From positions 1 to 45,871 of the forward strand of contig JBBRKX010000001.1 in NCBI GenBank assembly GCA_038231675.1: a stretch of DNA of 45,871 nucleotides, read 5' to 3'. How positions within the stretch are numbered: the first letter of the stretch is position 1; each line of letters opens with the position of its first letter. Made by a program: the position numbers and the translations under genes. Of the stretch, positions 25,437 to 34,346 are shown piece after piece. The notes below the pieces were generated by a model, which was given only the letters and a program-made list of their open reading frames with translations, did no database searches and had not been told where the DNA came from. The DNA is from Chthonomonadales bacterium (GTDB taxonomy: Bacteria; Armatimonadota; Chthonomonadetes; Chthonomonadales; Chthonomonadaceae).

Positions 25437-27869
25437 TCAGAAACGAAGGACCTCTCCTCGATTGTCTAAGTCTACCTGTTTATTCGCATATTCAAGAAGT
25501 GGTATTGCTGCATTACAAATCCATATGCGATAGCAGGCTTCCACTGTTTCTCTTTCCAGGTCCGCCGTAACAAGTGCTTCTTTCTGCGACTGGAACAGCG
25601 TCGTGGCGCTCGCGGTCTTCATCAGGCGGTGGCCGAAGGCGTCATAGCCGTAGGCCGCGACCTGCGTCGCTCCTGCCGTCGCCGTGGCCAGCCGGTTGGC
25701 CTGGTTGTAATTAAGCGCCGTGATCCCTGAAGCGGTGGCAGGGCTGAAGCTGTTGATATTGCCCGCCGCCGTAGTGCCGATGGTCTGGGTCACGCCGCCC
25801 GTCTTCACGGTGGCCAGCAGGTTGCTGTTCGGCGTATAGGTATAGGTCGTCGTAGGCGCGACGGTCTGGAAGGTGCGGTTGCCGGAAGTGTCGTAGGTAT
25901 AGGCCAGGCTGCCGTAATTGCCGGCAGCGGTCTTGAGCCGGTTGTGGTTGTCATATCCCAGCGTCTGGCTGTTGGCCGGTGTCACCGCGTCGGTAATGGT
26001 CTTGACGTTGTTGGCGGCGTCATAGCCGTAGGTGAGGTTCTGCAGCGTGGAGGTTCCGGTATCGGTCAGCGTATTGAGGCGGTAATCGAGGTCGTAGCCG
26101 CGCGCCTCGGTGACGGCATTGCTAAAGAGCATGGCCGAAAGCGGCCCGAACGGCTCGTAGACGATGCCGGTCGCGGCGTTCACCGCGCTGCCCGCGCCAG
26201 GGGCCTTCGAGGTGACCGACGTGATGCGGCCCATGATGTCGCGGATATAGGTAACGAGCGTGCCGGACGGATAGGTAATTGTGGCGATACGATTAGCGGC
26301 GTCGAAACTGTTGGTTGTGACGAGCGGGCTGCTGCCCGTTATGGTGCGTGTTTCCTGAGAAATGTCCGAGCGTGAGTTATAGACGCGCGAGAGCGTGCCG
26401 GATGCGTCCGTGAGGCTCGTGAGCAGGCCGATGCTGTAGCCGTGCCCCGGCGTCTGGTCGTAAGTATAGGTGACGTTTTCCGCGGTGTCGGAAGGGTAAG
26501 CCGTGGTGAGCATGCGGTCGAGGGCGTCATAGGTGCTGTTTGCGGTGGCGCTGGTGGCGTCCACCTTCTGTCGCAGATTGCTGTCGCGGTCGTAATGATA
26601 GACCGCCGTGCCGGAATCCGGGCTCGCCTGCTGAATCGTATCGGCGAAGCCGTCATAGACGTAGCTGGTGAGCGCACCATTGGGGGCCTGGACGGTCAGG
26701 GGGCGGTCATGCGGGTCGTAGGTCGTGGTTGTGGTGCCGCCGGGTGCCGGATCGGTAACCGTCGAGAGGCGGTTCAGCGCATCGAAGGTCTGGGTGGTCC
26801 TGTGGGTCAGAGGATCGGTTATCGACAAGGCGTTGCTGTTGGGGTCGTAGCTGTATTTGGTGACCTGGCCCATTCCGCCGATATCCTGCGTCGTGCGGCC
26901 AAGTGCATCGAATACACCGGAATGTTTGTGAACCACGATGCTGGAAGGATCGAACGTCTGAATCAGCGTCCGGTCGCCCAGCGCATCAAGTGTGTACTGG
27001 ATGTTGTTGTCGAACAGATCGGTGACGCTGGTGAGCCGGTGCGCGGTATCGTAGCCGTTGGCGAGCTTGGAATTATCCGGCAGCGTGACGCTCGTGAGGT
27101 TTTCGGCGGCATCGTAGCCATAAGTGGTGACGAGATTGCCGCCCGTCGTCACTAGCGTGCTGGTGAGCAGGTAGTTGCGCGGATCGTAAGTGAGCAGTGT
27201 CGTGACATTGCTGGGATTGACGATAGTCAGCGGCAGCCCCCCGCCCGTATGCGAAGTGATATTGGTATTGTGTGACAGGGCGTCGCTTATCTGGGTCAAT
27301 GCGCCAGTGGCGTCATAGGTGAAGGTGGTTTTGTTCGTGACGTCCGTGCGCGGCGTCTGCACCGACTGCAGCAACGAATTGAGCCAGGTATAGGTCCAGA
27401 TACGCGTCTGGCCATTGGTCACGTAAGGGATGGTTCGCGTGACGGGCGTCGTGTCAGTCAGCACCTTGGTGAGGAGATTTCCGCCCGCGTCGTAGTTGAA
27501 ATTGGTCGTCACTTCTGGGGTCACGACCACGGCAGGCAGGTGATAAGGATAGGTGGTATTGGGCGTCGTCGTGTCATAGGTCGTGGTCGTCGTGCGGGCA
27601 ACCGGACTGCCGACCGCTTCGTTGACGGTGGTGGGCTGCCCTCGCGCATCGTTTACATACGATGTGAGGTTTCCATCCCAGTCCGTGGTGCTATTGATGT
27701 ATCCGTTGCTGTCATAGGTGAAGTTCCGGGTGGCCGCCGCCGTGGTCGCTGTCGCGGCGCGGCTGATCTGCGTTATCTTAGAAACGTTTTGTAGGGTGGT
27801 AAACGTGTAGGTATCCCTGACGTTAAACGCATTCTTAACAGTGGTGGTGCCGTCGGCGTTGTAGGTCAT
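25437..27869 (-). CDS. RHS/YD-repeat protein, C-terminal fragment (no PxxxxDPxGL core end or toxin domain)
   Basis: Dozens of YD-type repeats (TYTYD..G.L, YGYDA.N). In frame with 27912..29762 across a single TGA. Ends in a non-repeat, AT-richer tail. Confidence 0.8.
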   Translation of the reverse strand: MTYNADGTTTVKNAFNVRDTYTFTTLQNVSKITQISRAATATTAAATRNFTYDSNGYINSTTDWDGNLTSYVNDARGQPTTVNEAVGSPVARTTTTTYDTTTPNTTYPYHLPAVVVTPEVTTNFNYDAGGNLLTKVLTDTTPVTRTIPYVTNGQTRIWTYTWLNSLLQSVQTPRTDVTNKTTFTYDATGALTQISDALSHNTNITSHTGGGLPLTIVNPSNVTTLLTYDPRNYLLTSTLVTTGGNLVTTYGYDAAENLTSVTLPDNSKLANGYDTAHRLTSVTDLFDNNIQYTLDALGDRTLIQTFDPSSIVVHKHSGVFDALGRTTQDIGGMGQVTKYSYDPNSNALSITDPLTHRTTQTFDALNRLSTVTDPAPGGTTTTTYDPHDRPLTVQAPNGALTSYVYDGFADTIQQASPDSGTAVYHYDRDSNLRQKVDATSATANSTYDALDRMLTTAYPSDTAENVTYTYDQTPGHGYSIGLLTSLTDASGTLSRVYNSRSDISQETRTITGSSPLVTTNSFDAANRIATITYPSGTLVTYIRDIMGRITSVTSKAPGAGSAVNAATGIVYEPFGPLSAMLFSNAVTEARGYDLDYRLNTLTDTGTSTLQNLTYGYDAANNVKTITDAVTPANSQTLGYDNHNRLKTAAGNYGSLAYTYDTSGNRTFQTVAPTTTYTYTPNSNLLATVKTGGVTQTIGTTAAGNINSFSPATASGITALNYNQANRLATATAGATQVAAYGYDAFGHRLMKTASATTLFQSQKEALVTADLERETVEACYRIWICNAAIPLLEYANKQVDLDNRGEVLRF

Positions 27870-27911
27870 GGTGATGAGATTGGCACCGACGCCGAGCTGA
27901 CTTGTGAGCCC

Positions 27912-29678
27912 TCAGCTATTACTGTCGTAGGTCCAGCGTGCATAGATATTGCCGTCCTCATCAATAATGCTGGTCAGGGCCGAGAGGGGGACGGCATTTT
28001 CACCATAGTTGTAGGTGACACTGGTCACGGGCGAAGTGTTGAAGGATACCGATGAGAGCTGTATGCCATGAAGCGTCGAGTATCCGTATGTCAGGACAAG
28101 TGCGTCCGGCGTGGTAACAGTGTGTATAAGTCCGTTAGTGTAAGTGAAGCCGAGCGCGCGGCTGTAGGAATCGGTGACCGAGGCAAGCTGACTGCTACCG
28201 TTATAATGCAATGTCTGGGTATAACCGTTGCGCGCGGTAATCGTATTGAGAAGGGCCTTATAGCCGCCAGTCGCCGTGGTGTAGGATTCAACCGAATCGC
28301 TACTGTCGGTCAACGTCCAGGTTGAGCCTGAATGCGTCAGATGGAAATCGACATCGCTGTCGGTGTTCCACGTGCCGCCCGTAAGAGTAAAGGCGAGCTG
28401 GCGCCCGTCCGCACGCTCCACCATTACCGAGCTGGGCGAAAGAATATGGAGGTAGCGATCATAGGTTGAACGCCAATTCATCCCCAGGGTAAAAGCGATC
28501 GAAGACCCTGCCTGGCTATTGTAATAGCGTGCGAAGCTCAGCTGGTTCTGCCCGGTGGTCTGGTAATCGGTGGTTTGATAGAACACATTGCCGGTAGCTA
28601 TATCAATCGGCTCACCGGCTCCGCAGCTGCCCGGCTGGTCGCACGGGTTGCCTTCGGTCTTTGCAGCATTAGGGGTTGCAAGGAAGCCCCCTTGAGGGTT
28701 GGTCAAATCGATAGTGCCGACAATTTGTCCACTGTTATTAATGCCAGTGGCCCCATAATTCGGGGGTACTATGTTATTTTGAAATTGCCCGGTATTGACA
28801 TTGTAAAGGAATGACGTGAATGTCCCATCATTCGATTCTGTCCAGCCAACAACCTGGCCTAGGTCATTGAATCCGACGAAATCGATATTAAAATAGGCGA
28901 TCGGTACATTGAATGTCGCAAAGGCCCCACTAGTATAGATAAACGGTATTATATTGAAATTGGGATCCTCGTAATAACCCAAAATCTGGCCATTATTATT
29001 TATAGAAGCGAAACGTGTATTCAATGCACCCGGATAGGTAACGAGGGTAAAACTATCATTACTGTCTATAAATCCTCCGAACGGGGCATCGTACGAACTG
29101 CCGACCACAGTACCGCTATCATTAATCGCATTGGGATATGAGTGTGGGTATTGGGGATAACTAAAGGGTGTAAAAACTCCGTTATAGTAGAAAAAGTCCA
29201 CATAACCGTCCCCTGAGTCAATTGTCCAATTTGCTTCCCCTATGCTTTTGCCGCTGCTATTTATGCCGAGAAAACTCGTCTCAAGCTGGCAAGACATACT
29301 GCCAGAACAGCTGGGAAACGAGGGGTATGGAATGCTCGTATAGACGCCATTACTGTATGTAAAATTTGCCCACTGCTCATTGTATTGACTTTGATAGGCA
29401 TATCTATAGCCACCACTCACAACGCTATTGCCGCTAAGTGCGTCGGCTTCGATCCCATTGTTACCGGGGGGATAGTTAATGGGGGTTATCGTATAATCAG
29501 CGGTCTGGGCCATTGCCGTCGTTGAAACGCCCGTGGCTAGTAATAACGCGGCGGCTGGAAGGAAAGACAAACAGAGGGAGCGGAAAGACACTGTAAATAC
29601 ATCCGCCATTGTCGAGCGTACCCGGACGATACTGCCGGTTAAAAGTGAGGCACTCCTGCGCTGATGCTTTGTCGACAT
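27912..29678 (-). CDS. Secreted HAF-repeat + RHS-repeat protein, N-terminal fragment ending at an in-frame TGA
   Basis: Signal-like LCLSFLPAAALLLATGVSTTAMA. HAF-type repeats (INSSGKSIG, INDSGTVVG, INNNGQILG, FNDLGQVVG, INNSGQIVG) followed by YD repeats. Start taken at ATG 29678 (GGGAGA upstream); the track ORF extends to GTG 29762. Confidence 0.75.
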   Translation of the reverse strand: MSTKHQRRSASLLTGSIVRVRSTMADVFTVSFRSLCLSFLPAAALLLATGVSTTAMAQTADYTITPINYPPGNNGIEADALSGNSVVSGGYRYAYQSQYNEQWANFTYSNGVYTSIPYPSFPSCSGSMSCQLETSFLGINSSGKSIGEANWTIDSGDGYVDFFYYNGVFTPFSYPQYPHSYPNAINDSGTVVGSSYDAPFGGFIDSNDSFTLVTYPGALNTRFASINNNGQILGYYEDPNFNIIPFIYTSGAFATFNVPIAYFNIDFVGFNDLGQVVGWTESNDGTFTSFLYNVNTGQFQNNIVPPNYGATGINNSGQIVGTIDLTNPQGGFLATPNAAKTEGNPCDQPGSCGAGEPIDIATGNVFYQTTDYQTTGQNQLSFARYYNSQAGSSIAFTLGMNWRSTYDRYLHILSPSSVMVERADGRQLAFTLTGGTWNTDSDVDFHLTHSGSTWTLTDSSDSVESYTTATGGYKALLNTITARNGYTQTLHYNGSSQLASVTDSYSRALGFTYTNGLIHTVTTPDALVLTYGYSTLHGIQLSSVSFNTSPVTSVTYNYGENAVPLSALTSIIDEDGNIYARWTYDSNS

Positions 29679-29929
29679 GCACGAGTCTCCCGTGTTTTTA
29701 ACGCTTGCTTCGGTATGGCGCGGTTCATCCGCGTTTGAGCGCTGTTGCGCGATCAGATACACCTCCCGGTAGAAAAGTCATCAACATTCTTAACTCGGCA
29801 GTAGCAATAGAGTTAAATGCCTCAGACCCGGCACGCGGGCACGTCCACTACGGAAACGCTTTCCTCAAAGCGAGTTAATAAATTGTGAGCATAGAACTTC
29901 GCGACGCCTATTGAAGCATCCTTGACTCC

Positions 29930-29957
29930 TAACCCGATAAAATACATTATCGGGTTA
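29930..29957. other. 28-bp dif/cer-like Xer-type site: TAACCCGATAA-AATACA-TTATCGGGTTA
   Basis: Perfect 11-bp arms with a 6-bp spacer. The inner ATAA-N6-TTAT is as in E. coli dif. Sits 18 nt upstream of a tyrosine recombinase gene. Confidence 0.6.
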
Positions 29958-29974
29958 GAAACAGCTCGAGGCAG

Positions 29975-30958
29975 GTGGTGGGTGACTTAGTCAGTATTAG
30001 TAAAGAGTCGTTAACACCTGCGCAGTACAGTCAGCTCGCCGACGTACCGCCGGAACTCGAATGGCTCGCCAACATCACCAACCCGAAAACCCGGCGCTTT
30101 TATAAAGCAGACGTTGGGGAATTCATTTTGTTCACCGGGCTGCATGATTATAAAGAGCTGCGCACAGTGGCACGGTCACATGTCATCGCCTGGCGCAAGG
30201 CGATGGAAACCCGGAACCTCACACCGGCAACTATCCGGCGCAAGCTCTCGGCCTTATCTTCACTCTTCGATTATCTTTGCGAGCGCAATGCGGTCCTCGG
30301 CAATCCGGTGGACGGCGTCAAACGCCCGATTGCCAATAACAATGAAGGAAGTACTCCCGCCTTGGGAGACGCACAAGCGCGTCGCCTGCTGGAGGCCCCT
30401 GCCCCGGACACGCTGAAGGGTGTAAGGGATCGCGCGATCCTTGCCACCCTGCTCTATCATGGCATCCGCCGCGAGGAACTGTGCCTACTGCGCATTCGCG
30501 ACATGCAGAGTAGGCAAGGCGTTGTGCACTTGCGCGTCAAGGGTAAGCGTGACAAGATCCGGTTTGTTCCCGTTCACCCGATGGCGCAGCGGTTGATTCT
30601 CGAATATCTGGATGCGGTGAAGCTCGGGGCGGGACTGGCGGAGCTGGATTTGGATGGTCCCCTCTTCCGTCCGGTAACCAACAACCGCACCGGAACGCTC
30701 GACAGGCATCTGGAGCCCGGCTCGATTCGCCGAAACATCGTCGTGAAGTACGGGTGCGAAACCGGCATCGACGCGGAAGTGATCGGGTTGTGTGTGCATT
30801 CGATGAGGGCGACGGCGGCGACAAACGCGCTTTCCAACGAGGCCGATATTGCCAAAGTCCAAGAATGGCTGGGCCACGCCAACGTCTCCACCACCCGCCT
30901 CTACGACCGCCGCAAGAGCAAACCCGAGGACAGCCCGACATTTCACGTGAAGTATTAG
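29975..30958 (+). CDS. Tyrosine recombinase (XerC/D-like, plasmid-resolution type)
   Basis: LYHGIRREEL (Arg), HSMRATAAT (H-x-x-R) and LGHANVSTTRLY (His/Tyr). GTG start. Confidence 0.85.
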   Translation: MVGDLVSISKESLTPAQYSQLADVPPELEWLANITNPKTRRFYKADVGEFILFTGLHDYKELRTVARSHVIAWRKAMETRNLTPATIRRKLSALSSLFDYLCERNAVLGNPVDGVKRPIANNNEGSTPALGDAQARRLLEAPAPDTLKGVRDRAILATLLYHGIRREELCLLRIRDMQSRQGVVHLRVKGKRDKIRFVPVHPMAQRLILEYLDAVKLGAGLAELDLDGPLFRPVTNNRTGTLDRHLEPGSIRRNIVVKYGCETGIDAEVIGLCVHSMRATAATNALSNEADIAKVQEWLGHANVSTTRLYDRRKSKPEDSPTFHVKY

Positions 30959-31024
30959 ATCGACTAAATAAATATGAAGCGTGATGTCCACCGTACGGCA
31001 GCTTGAAAAAACGCTCTTGGATCT

Positions 31025-31969
31025 CTACTCGTTGTTGTACCCTTCTTCATAGCGCCGTTCCCGGATCTCCGTCTCAGCGTGTTCGCTAGCTAGTCCAGCT
31101 GCTTCAATCTCAATCTGGCCGACAAGGTGAAGGTCGCAAACTGGACACTTGAATTCTTCACTGGCATAGTTCTTGTCGACGGCTTCATCTTCCCCAAAAT
31201 CTCCCAAGGTCTCCTCAGATATAATTTCCTCTACTAGTACGCCCGTCATATAGGCCTTTCCACCGCAGGCTGGACATTCTACAACCCATTCCCTGGCTCC
31301 AAGAAGGCGGAATAGCCCAGTATAGTTATAGCTTTCTTTAGCTTGGGCCGCGTCGAGCGCAACGTCCCGTTCCTTTCTTTTTCGCTTGAGAAAGTTGTTT
31401 CTTGCGTGCTCGACCCGGACCCTTGCTGCGTCACTCATGGCCTGTTGGGCGTGCGAGACAATCTCATTCGGAGCTTTTGCTTGATCAGCTCCCAGCCATT
31501 CTTCGAGGGACGACTCCATTTTGGTAAGAATGATTTGAGCCGCGTGCCAATACCGCCCTTCCCAAGCGCCGAGTTTCATCTCTTGAAAAGGTGCTTCGCC
31601 AGAATGCAATTCGGCATTCCTGCGCTCTGAAATGTCATCACAAAAAGTCTTGACCCTCTCGTCAAAGCCTCTCGTTATGTATCGCAGGCGTTCGTAAAGA
31701 GTATGCGCTGCAATCGTTTTTATGTCGGTTCCTAGAGTCACGCCGGAGGCGGCAAAGAGAGAGATCTGATCCTGTGGATTAACAATTAGGCTAGGATGAA
31801 TCTGCGCAAGGCAGGCTTTCCCGAGAAGCTCAAGCGCGAGAGATGCCCAAAGCTGATATTCGTCCAGGTCTCCGGTGCCTTTGCGCTTAAGCGCGCGTTG
31901 CACGTAGACTTTGGATTTGGCGAAGATCGCATCGAAGCTAACTGCGGGCAACAAGACCGGGGCTTTCAT
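31025..31969 (-). CDS. HEPN-like (DUF4145/Abi-type) protein with a C-terminal double CxxC zinc ribbon
   Basis: FCDDISERRNAELHSGE contains RNAELH (R-x4-H). C-terminal CPACGG ... CPVCD. Its ATG overlaps the stop of the upstream dioxygenase-like gene (31966-31969). Confidence 0.6.
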   Translation of the reverse strand: MKAPVLLPAVSFDAIFAKSKVYVQRALKRKGTGDLDEYQLWASLALELLGKACLAQIHPSLIVNPQDQISLFAASGVTLGTDIKTIAAHTLYERLRYITRGFDERVKTFCDDISERRNAELHSGEAPFQEMKLGAWEGRYWHAAQIILTKMESSLEEWLGADQAKAPNEIVSHAQQAMSDAARVRVEHARNNFLKRKRKERDVALDAAQAKESYNYTGLFRLLGAREWVVECPACGGKAYMTGVLVEEIISEETLGDFGEDEAVDKNYASEEFKCPVCDLHLVGQIEIEAAGLASEHAETEIRERRYEEGYNNE

Positions 31970-32625
31970 TGCGCATATACCCGCAGGAGTTTTCTGCGTT
32001 GGTCTGAAGGTACGTTGTTTCCGCGACCGTGCAACACCCTCCAGTTATCTATAACCAACACATCACCCTCATGCCAATCCCAGGTAATAAACCTTCTTCG
32101 CTGTCTTTCAATATCGTAGAGCCGCATCGCAGTCACGCTGGACTCACTTATCGGCTCCATGCAACCGGGGTCGATCCTTATAAAGTCTCGCCTGGAGTCG
32201 ATTAGGCTGGTGTAGAACGATCTGCCTCCATTCTTGATCAAGAAAATTGACGACCGTAGCAATAGACACTCGTCCTTCGAAAAACTGGCGTCACGCGAAT
32301 CAACTAACAGGGTCGGTGTGCGGACACTACCCACTTCGACACAGGCGAGAATGATATATCGGCAAGGAACCGTCCAGTGGGCAGTGTCAGTGTGAAGTGG
32401 CAAAGCACCAAGTCCGTAAGCGTGGCTCAAAGACGAGACCGGCGCGCTGCCCTCGCTCTGAGGTGAAATTGTTTCAATCTTTTTCCGCCCGGGGCTGGCT
32501 ACGATGGTGCCTAGCGTCCGTGCAATGGAAGTGACGTGCTCGGGCAGATCGGGAATACGACCCAAGGCGAGCGACGCCCAGCCCTCTATTCGCAGCTGCA
32601 CAGAAAATTCCGAAGGAATGGCCAC
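31966..32625 (-). CDS. Small TauD/TfdA-like Fe(II)/2-oxoglutarate dioxygenase-fold protein (219 aa)
   Basis: LPLHTDTAH (H-x-D) and VIDNWRVLHGRG (distal His + Arg) match the facial triad and 2OG-binding pattern of the clavaminate-synthase-like family. Confidence 0.55.
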   Translation of the reverse strand: MAIPSEFSVQLRIEGWASLALGRIPDLPEHVTSIARTLGTIVASPGRKKIETISPQSEGSAPVSSLSHAYGLGALPLHTDTAHWTVPCRYIILACVEVGSVRTPTLLVDSRDASFSKDECLLLRSSIFLIKNGGRSFYTSLIDSRRDFIRIDPGCMEPISESSVTAMRLYDIERQRRRFITWDWHEGDVLVIDNWRVLHGRGNNVPSDQRRKLLRVYAQ

Positions 32626-33047
32626 TCAACACCTCCAGCTTTACGATATAGCCGATTCCCAAGTTGAAATACAGTCAGCAAACGCGCGAATCCTCATTCA
32701 TCATCCCAAATACCTAGAGAGAGTCCGGGTGCCGCGCTGGCAAAGCGGAGCACTTTTCTTGGATGGCGCTGTCAGCGGTTCGCGCAACCCGTAGCACTTC
32801 ACCGAAGTCATCCAACGGGACTGCCTGCTCGATCGCGCCGACAACCATCATCGCTCTCGACAGGAGAATGGACCCGGCGATGCGCCTACGCAACGACGGA
32901 ACGGAAATCGCCGCGGCCGCCCGATTCCGAGCTTGCTACCAGGGGATTACAGCGCTAGTCAGGATATCTGGTGCAGTTTAGCCTGGCGCGAATCCGCCTG
33001 TCGATTCATACTGGTAGTCAGACGCTCAACCGGGACAGAACAACTGG

Positions 33048-34346
33048 ATGCCTAAAGCGAAGAAAAGACTTGTGTTCGCCGATGCCTTTGCCGGATGTGG
33101 TGGACTGTCGCTTGGCCTTTTACAGGCGGGCTTGGAGGGCCGGTTGGCGATCGAGCACGATAAATTTGCCTTCGAGACTTTCCGCACGAACCTGCTCACG
33201 AAGAATTCCGAGTTCAAATTTTCGTGGCCGCCGTGGCTGCCAAAGGAACCGATAGCGGTGGGGTCGTTCCTGGCTAAGTACAAGGACGAGCTTAAGGCCA
33301 CGCGGGGCAAAATTGACGTACTGGTCGGTGGCCCGCCATGCCAGGGGTTTTCGAGCGCCGGACGGAGAAAACATGACGATCCCCGGAACCAGTTGTTCGC
33401 CGCCTACCTGCGCTTGGTGGACATCTTGAAGCCCAGGGCGGTGCTTATTGAAAATGTCCGTGGATTCACAATGGATTTCAACGCAGACGACCGAGTGAAG
33501 AACTACTCGCAAAAGCTACGGGATAGGCTGGCGGAGGATTACGACGTTTTCGAGGAGCTACTTGACCTTTCCCAGTTCGGCGTTCCACAACTTCGCACGC
33601 GTTATTTTCTCCTCGCCCTGCAACCGGGAATGTGCCAGGAAAATCCCTTTGATGTGCTGAGGGCCAGATTGCCGTCGTTCCTGCGGTCAATGCAATTGAA
33701 AGCGCCTGTCTCGTCGTGGGCTGCAATTTCCGATCTTGAAGTCGGCCGGGGCGGCAAGCAGCCTTCGAGCGAGACGGCCGGGTTCGACGAAATCGCATAC
33801 ACCAGCCCGCGGACGCGCTTTCAAAAGCTCATGGGCGCGGCAGAGACCCCTCCAACAGATCTCCGCCTTGCGCGCCACTCCGCACAGATAACGGAACGCT
33901 TCCGGGAAATCATAGAACTCAGTCACGCGGAAGGACGTCTCAATACGACGATCAGCGACGAGGTTCGGGCGCGTTTTGGTTTGAAAAAAAGGGCGCTTCG
34001 CGTATTGGACCCCGACCGCCCATCCCCCACCATTACCAGTCTGCCCGACGATCTTCTCCACTATCAAGAACCGCGGGCGCTGACGGTTCGGGAAAACGCT
34101 CGACTCCAGAGTTTCCCGGATTGGTTTTCTTTCAAAGGGAAGTACACAACAGGTGGCCACCTGCGCCGCAAAGAAGTTCCGCGCTTCACCCAAGTGGCGA
34201 ACGCGGTCCCGCCGCTCGTCGCAAGAGCGTTCGGTGAACTCCTGATTGAGCTATTTGGAAACCTTCGTAACGACCCGGTCGCCTGTCGCAACGTCCATCG
34301 CGTTGAGCGCGTCCAGAAGCCCTCTGAACTCGTTGCGCAGGCCTAA
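33048..34346 (+). CDS. dcm: DNA (cytosine-5) methyltransferase, no adjacent cognate endonuclease
   Basis: Motif I FADAFAGCGGLSLG, IV GGPPCQGFS, VI LIENVRGF, VIII QLRTRYFLLA, IX TVRENARLQSFPDWF, X ANAVPPLVA. Confidence 0.9.
   Translation: MPKAKKRLVFADAFAGCGGLSLGLLQAGLEGRLAIEHDKFAFETFRTNLLTKNSEFKFSWPPWLPKEPIAVGSFLAKYKDELKATRGKIDVLVGGPPCQGFSSAGRRKHDDPRNQLFAAYLRLVDILKPRAVLIENVRGFTMDFNADDRVKNYSQKLRDRLAEDYDVFEELLDLSQFGVPQLRTRYFLLALQPGMCQENPFDVLRARLPSFLRSMQLKAPVSSWAAISDLEVGRGGKQPSSETAGFDEIAYTSPRTRFQKLMGAAETPPTDLRLARHSAQITERFREIIELSHAEGRLNTTISDEVRARFGLKKRALRVLDPDRPSPTITSLPDDLLHYQEPRALTVRENARLQSFPDWFSFKGKYTTGGHLRRKEVPRFTQVANAVPPLVARAFGELLIELFGNLRNDPVACRNVHRVERVQKPSELVAQA

Noticed and set aside
25944-27155. 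Plus-strand ORFs of 143 and 237 aa inside the RHS region
   Set aside because: They are G/R/V-rich antisense shadows of the YD-repeat coding frame.
27912-27914. In-frame TGA in the RHS gene considered as selenocysteine or programmed recoding
   Set aside because: No SECIS-like hairpin immediately downstream that I can see. The position falls in an ordinary YD repeat. The gene is also truncated at its 3' end, so decay is the simpler explanation.
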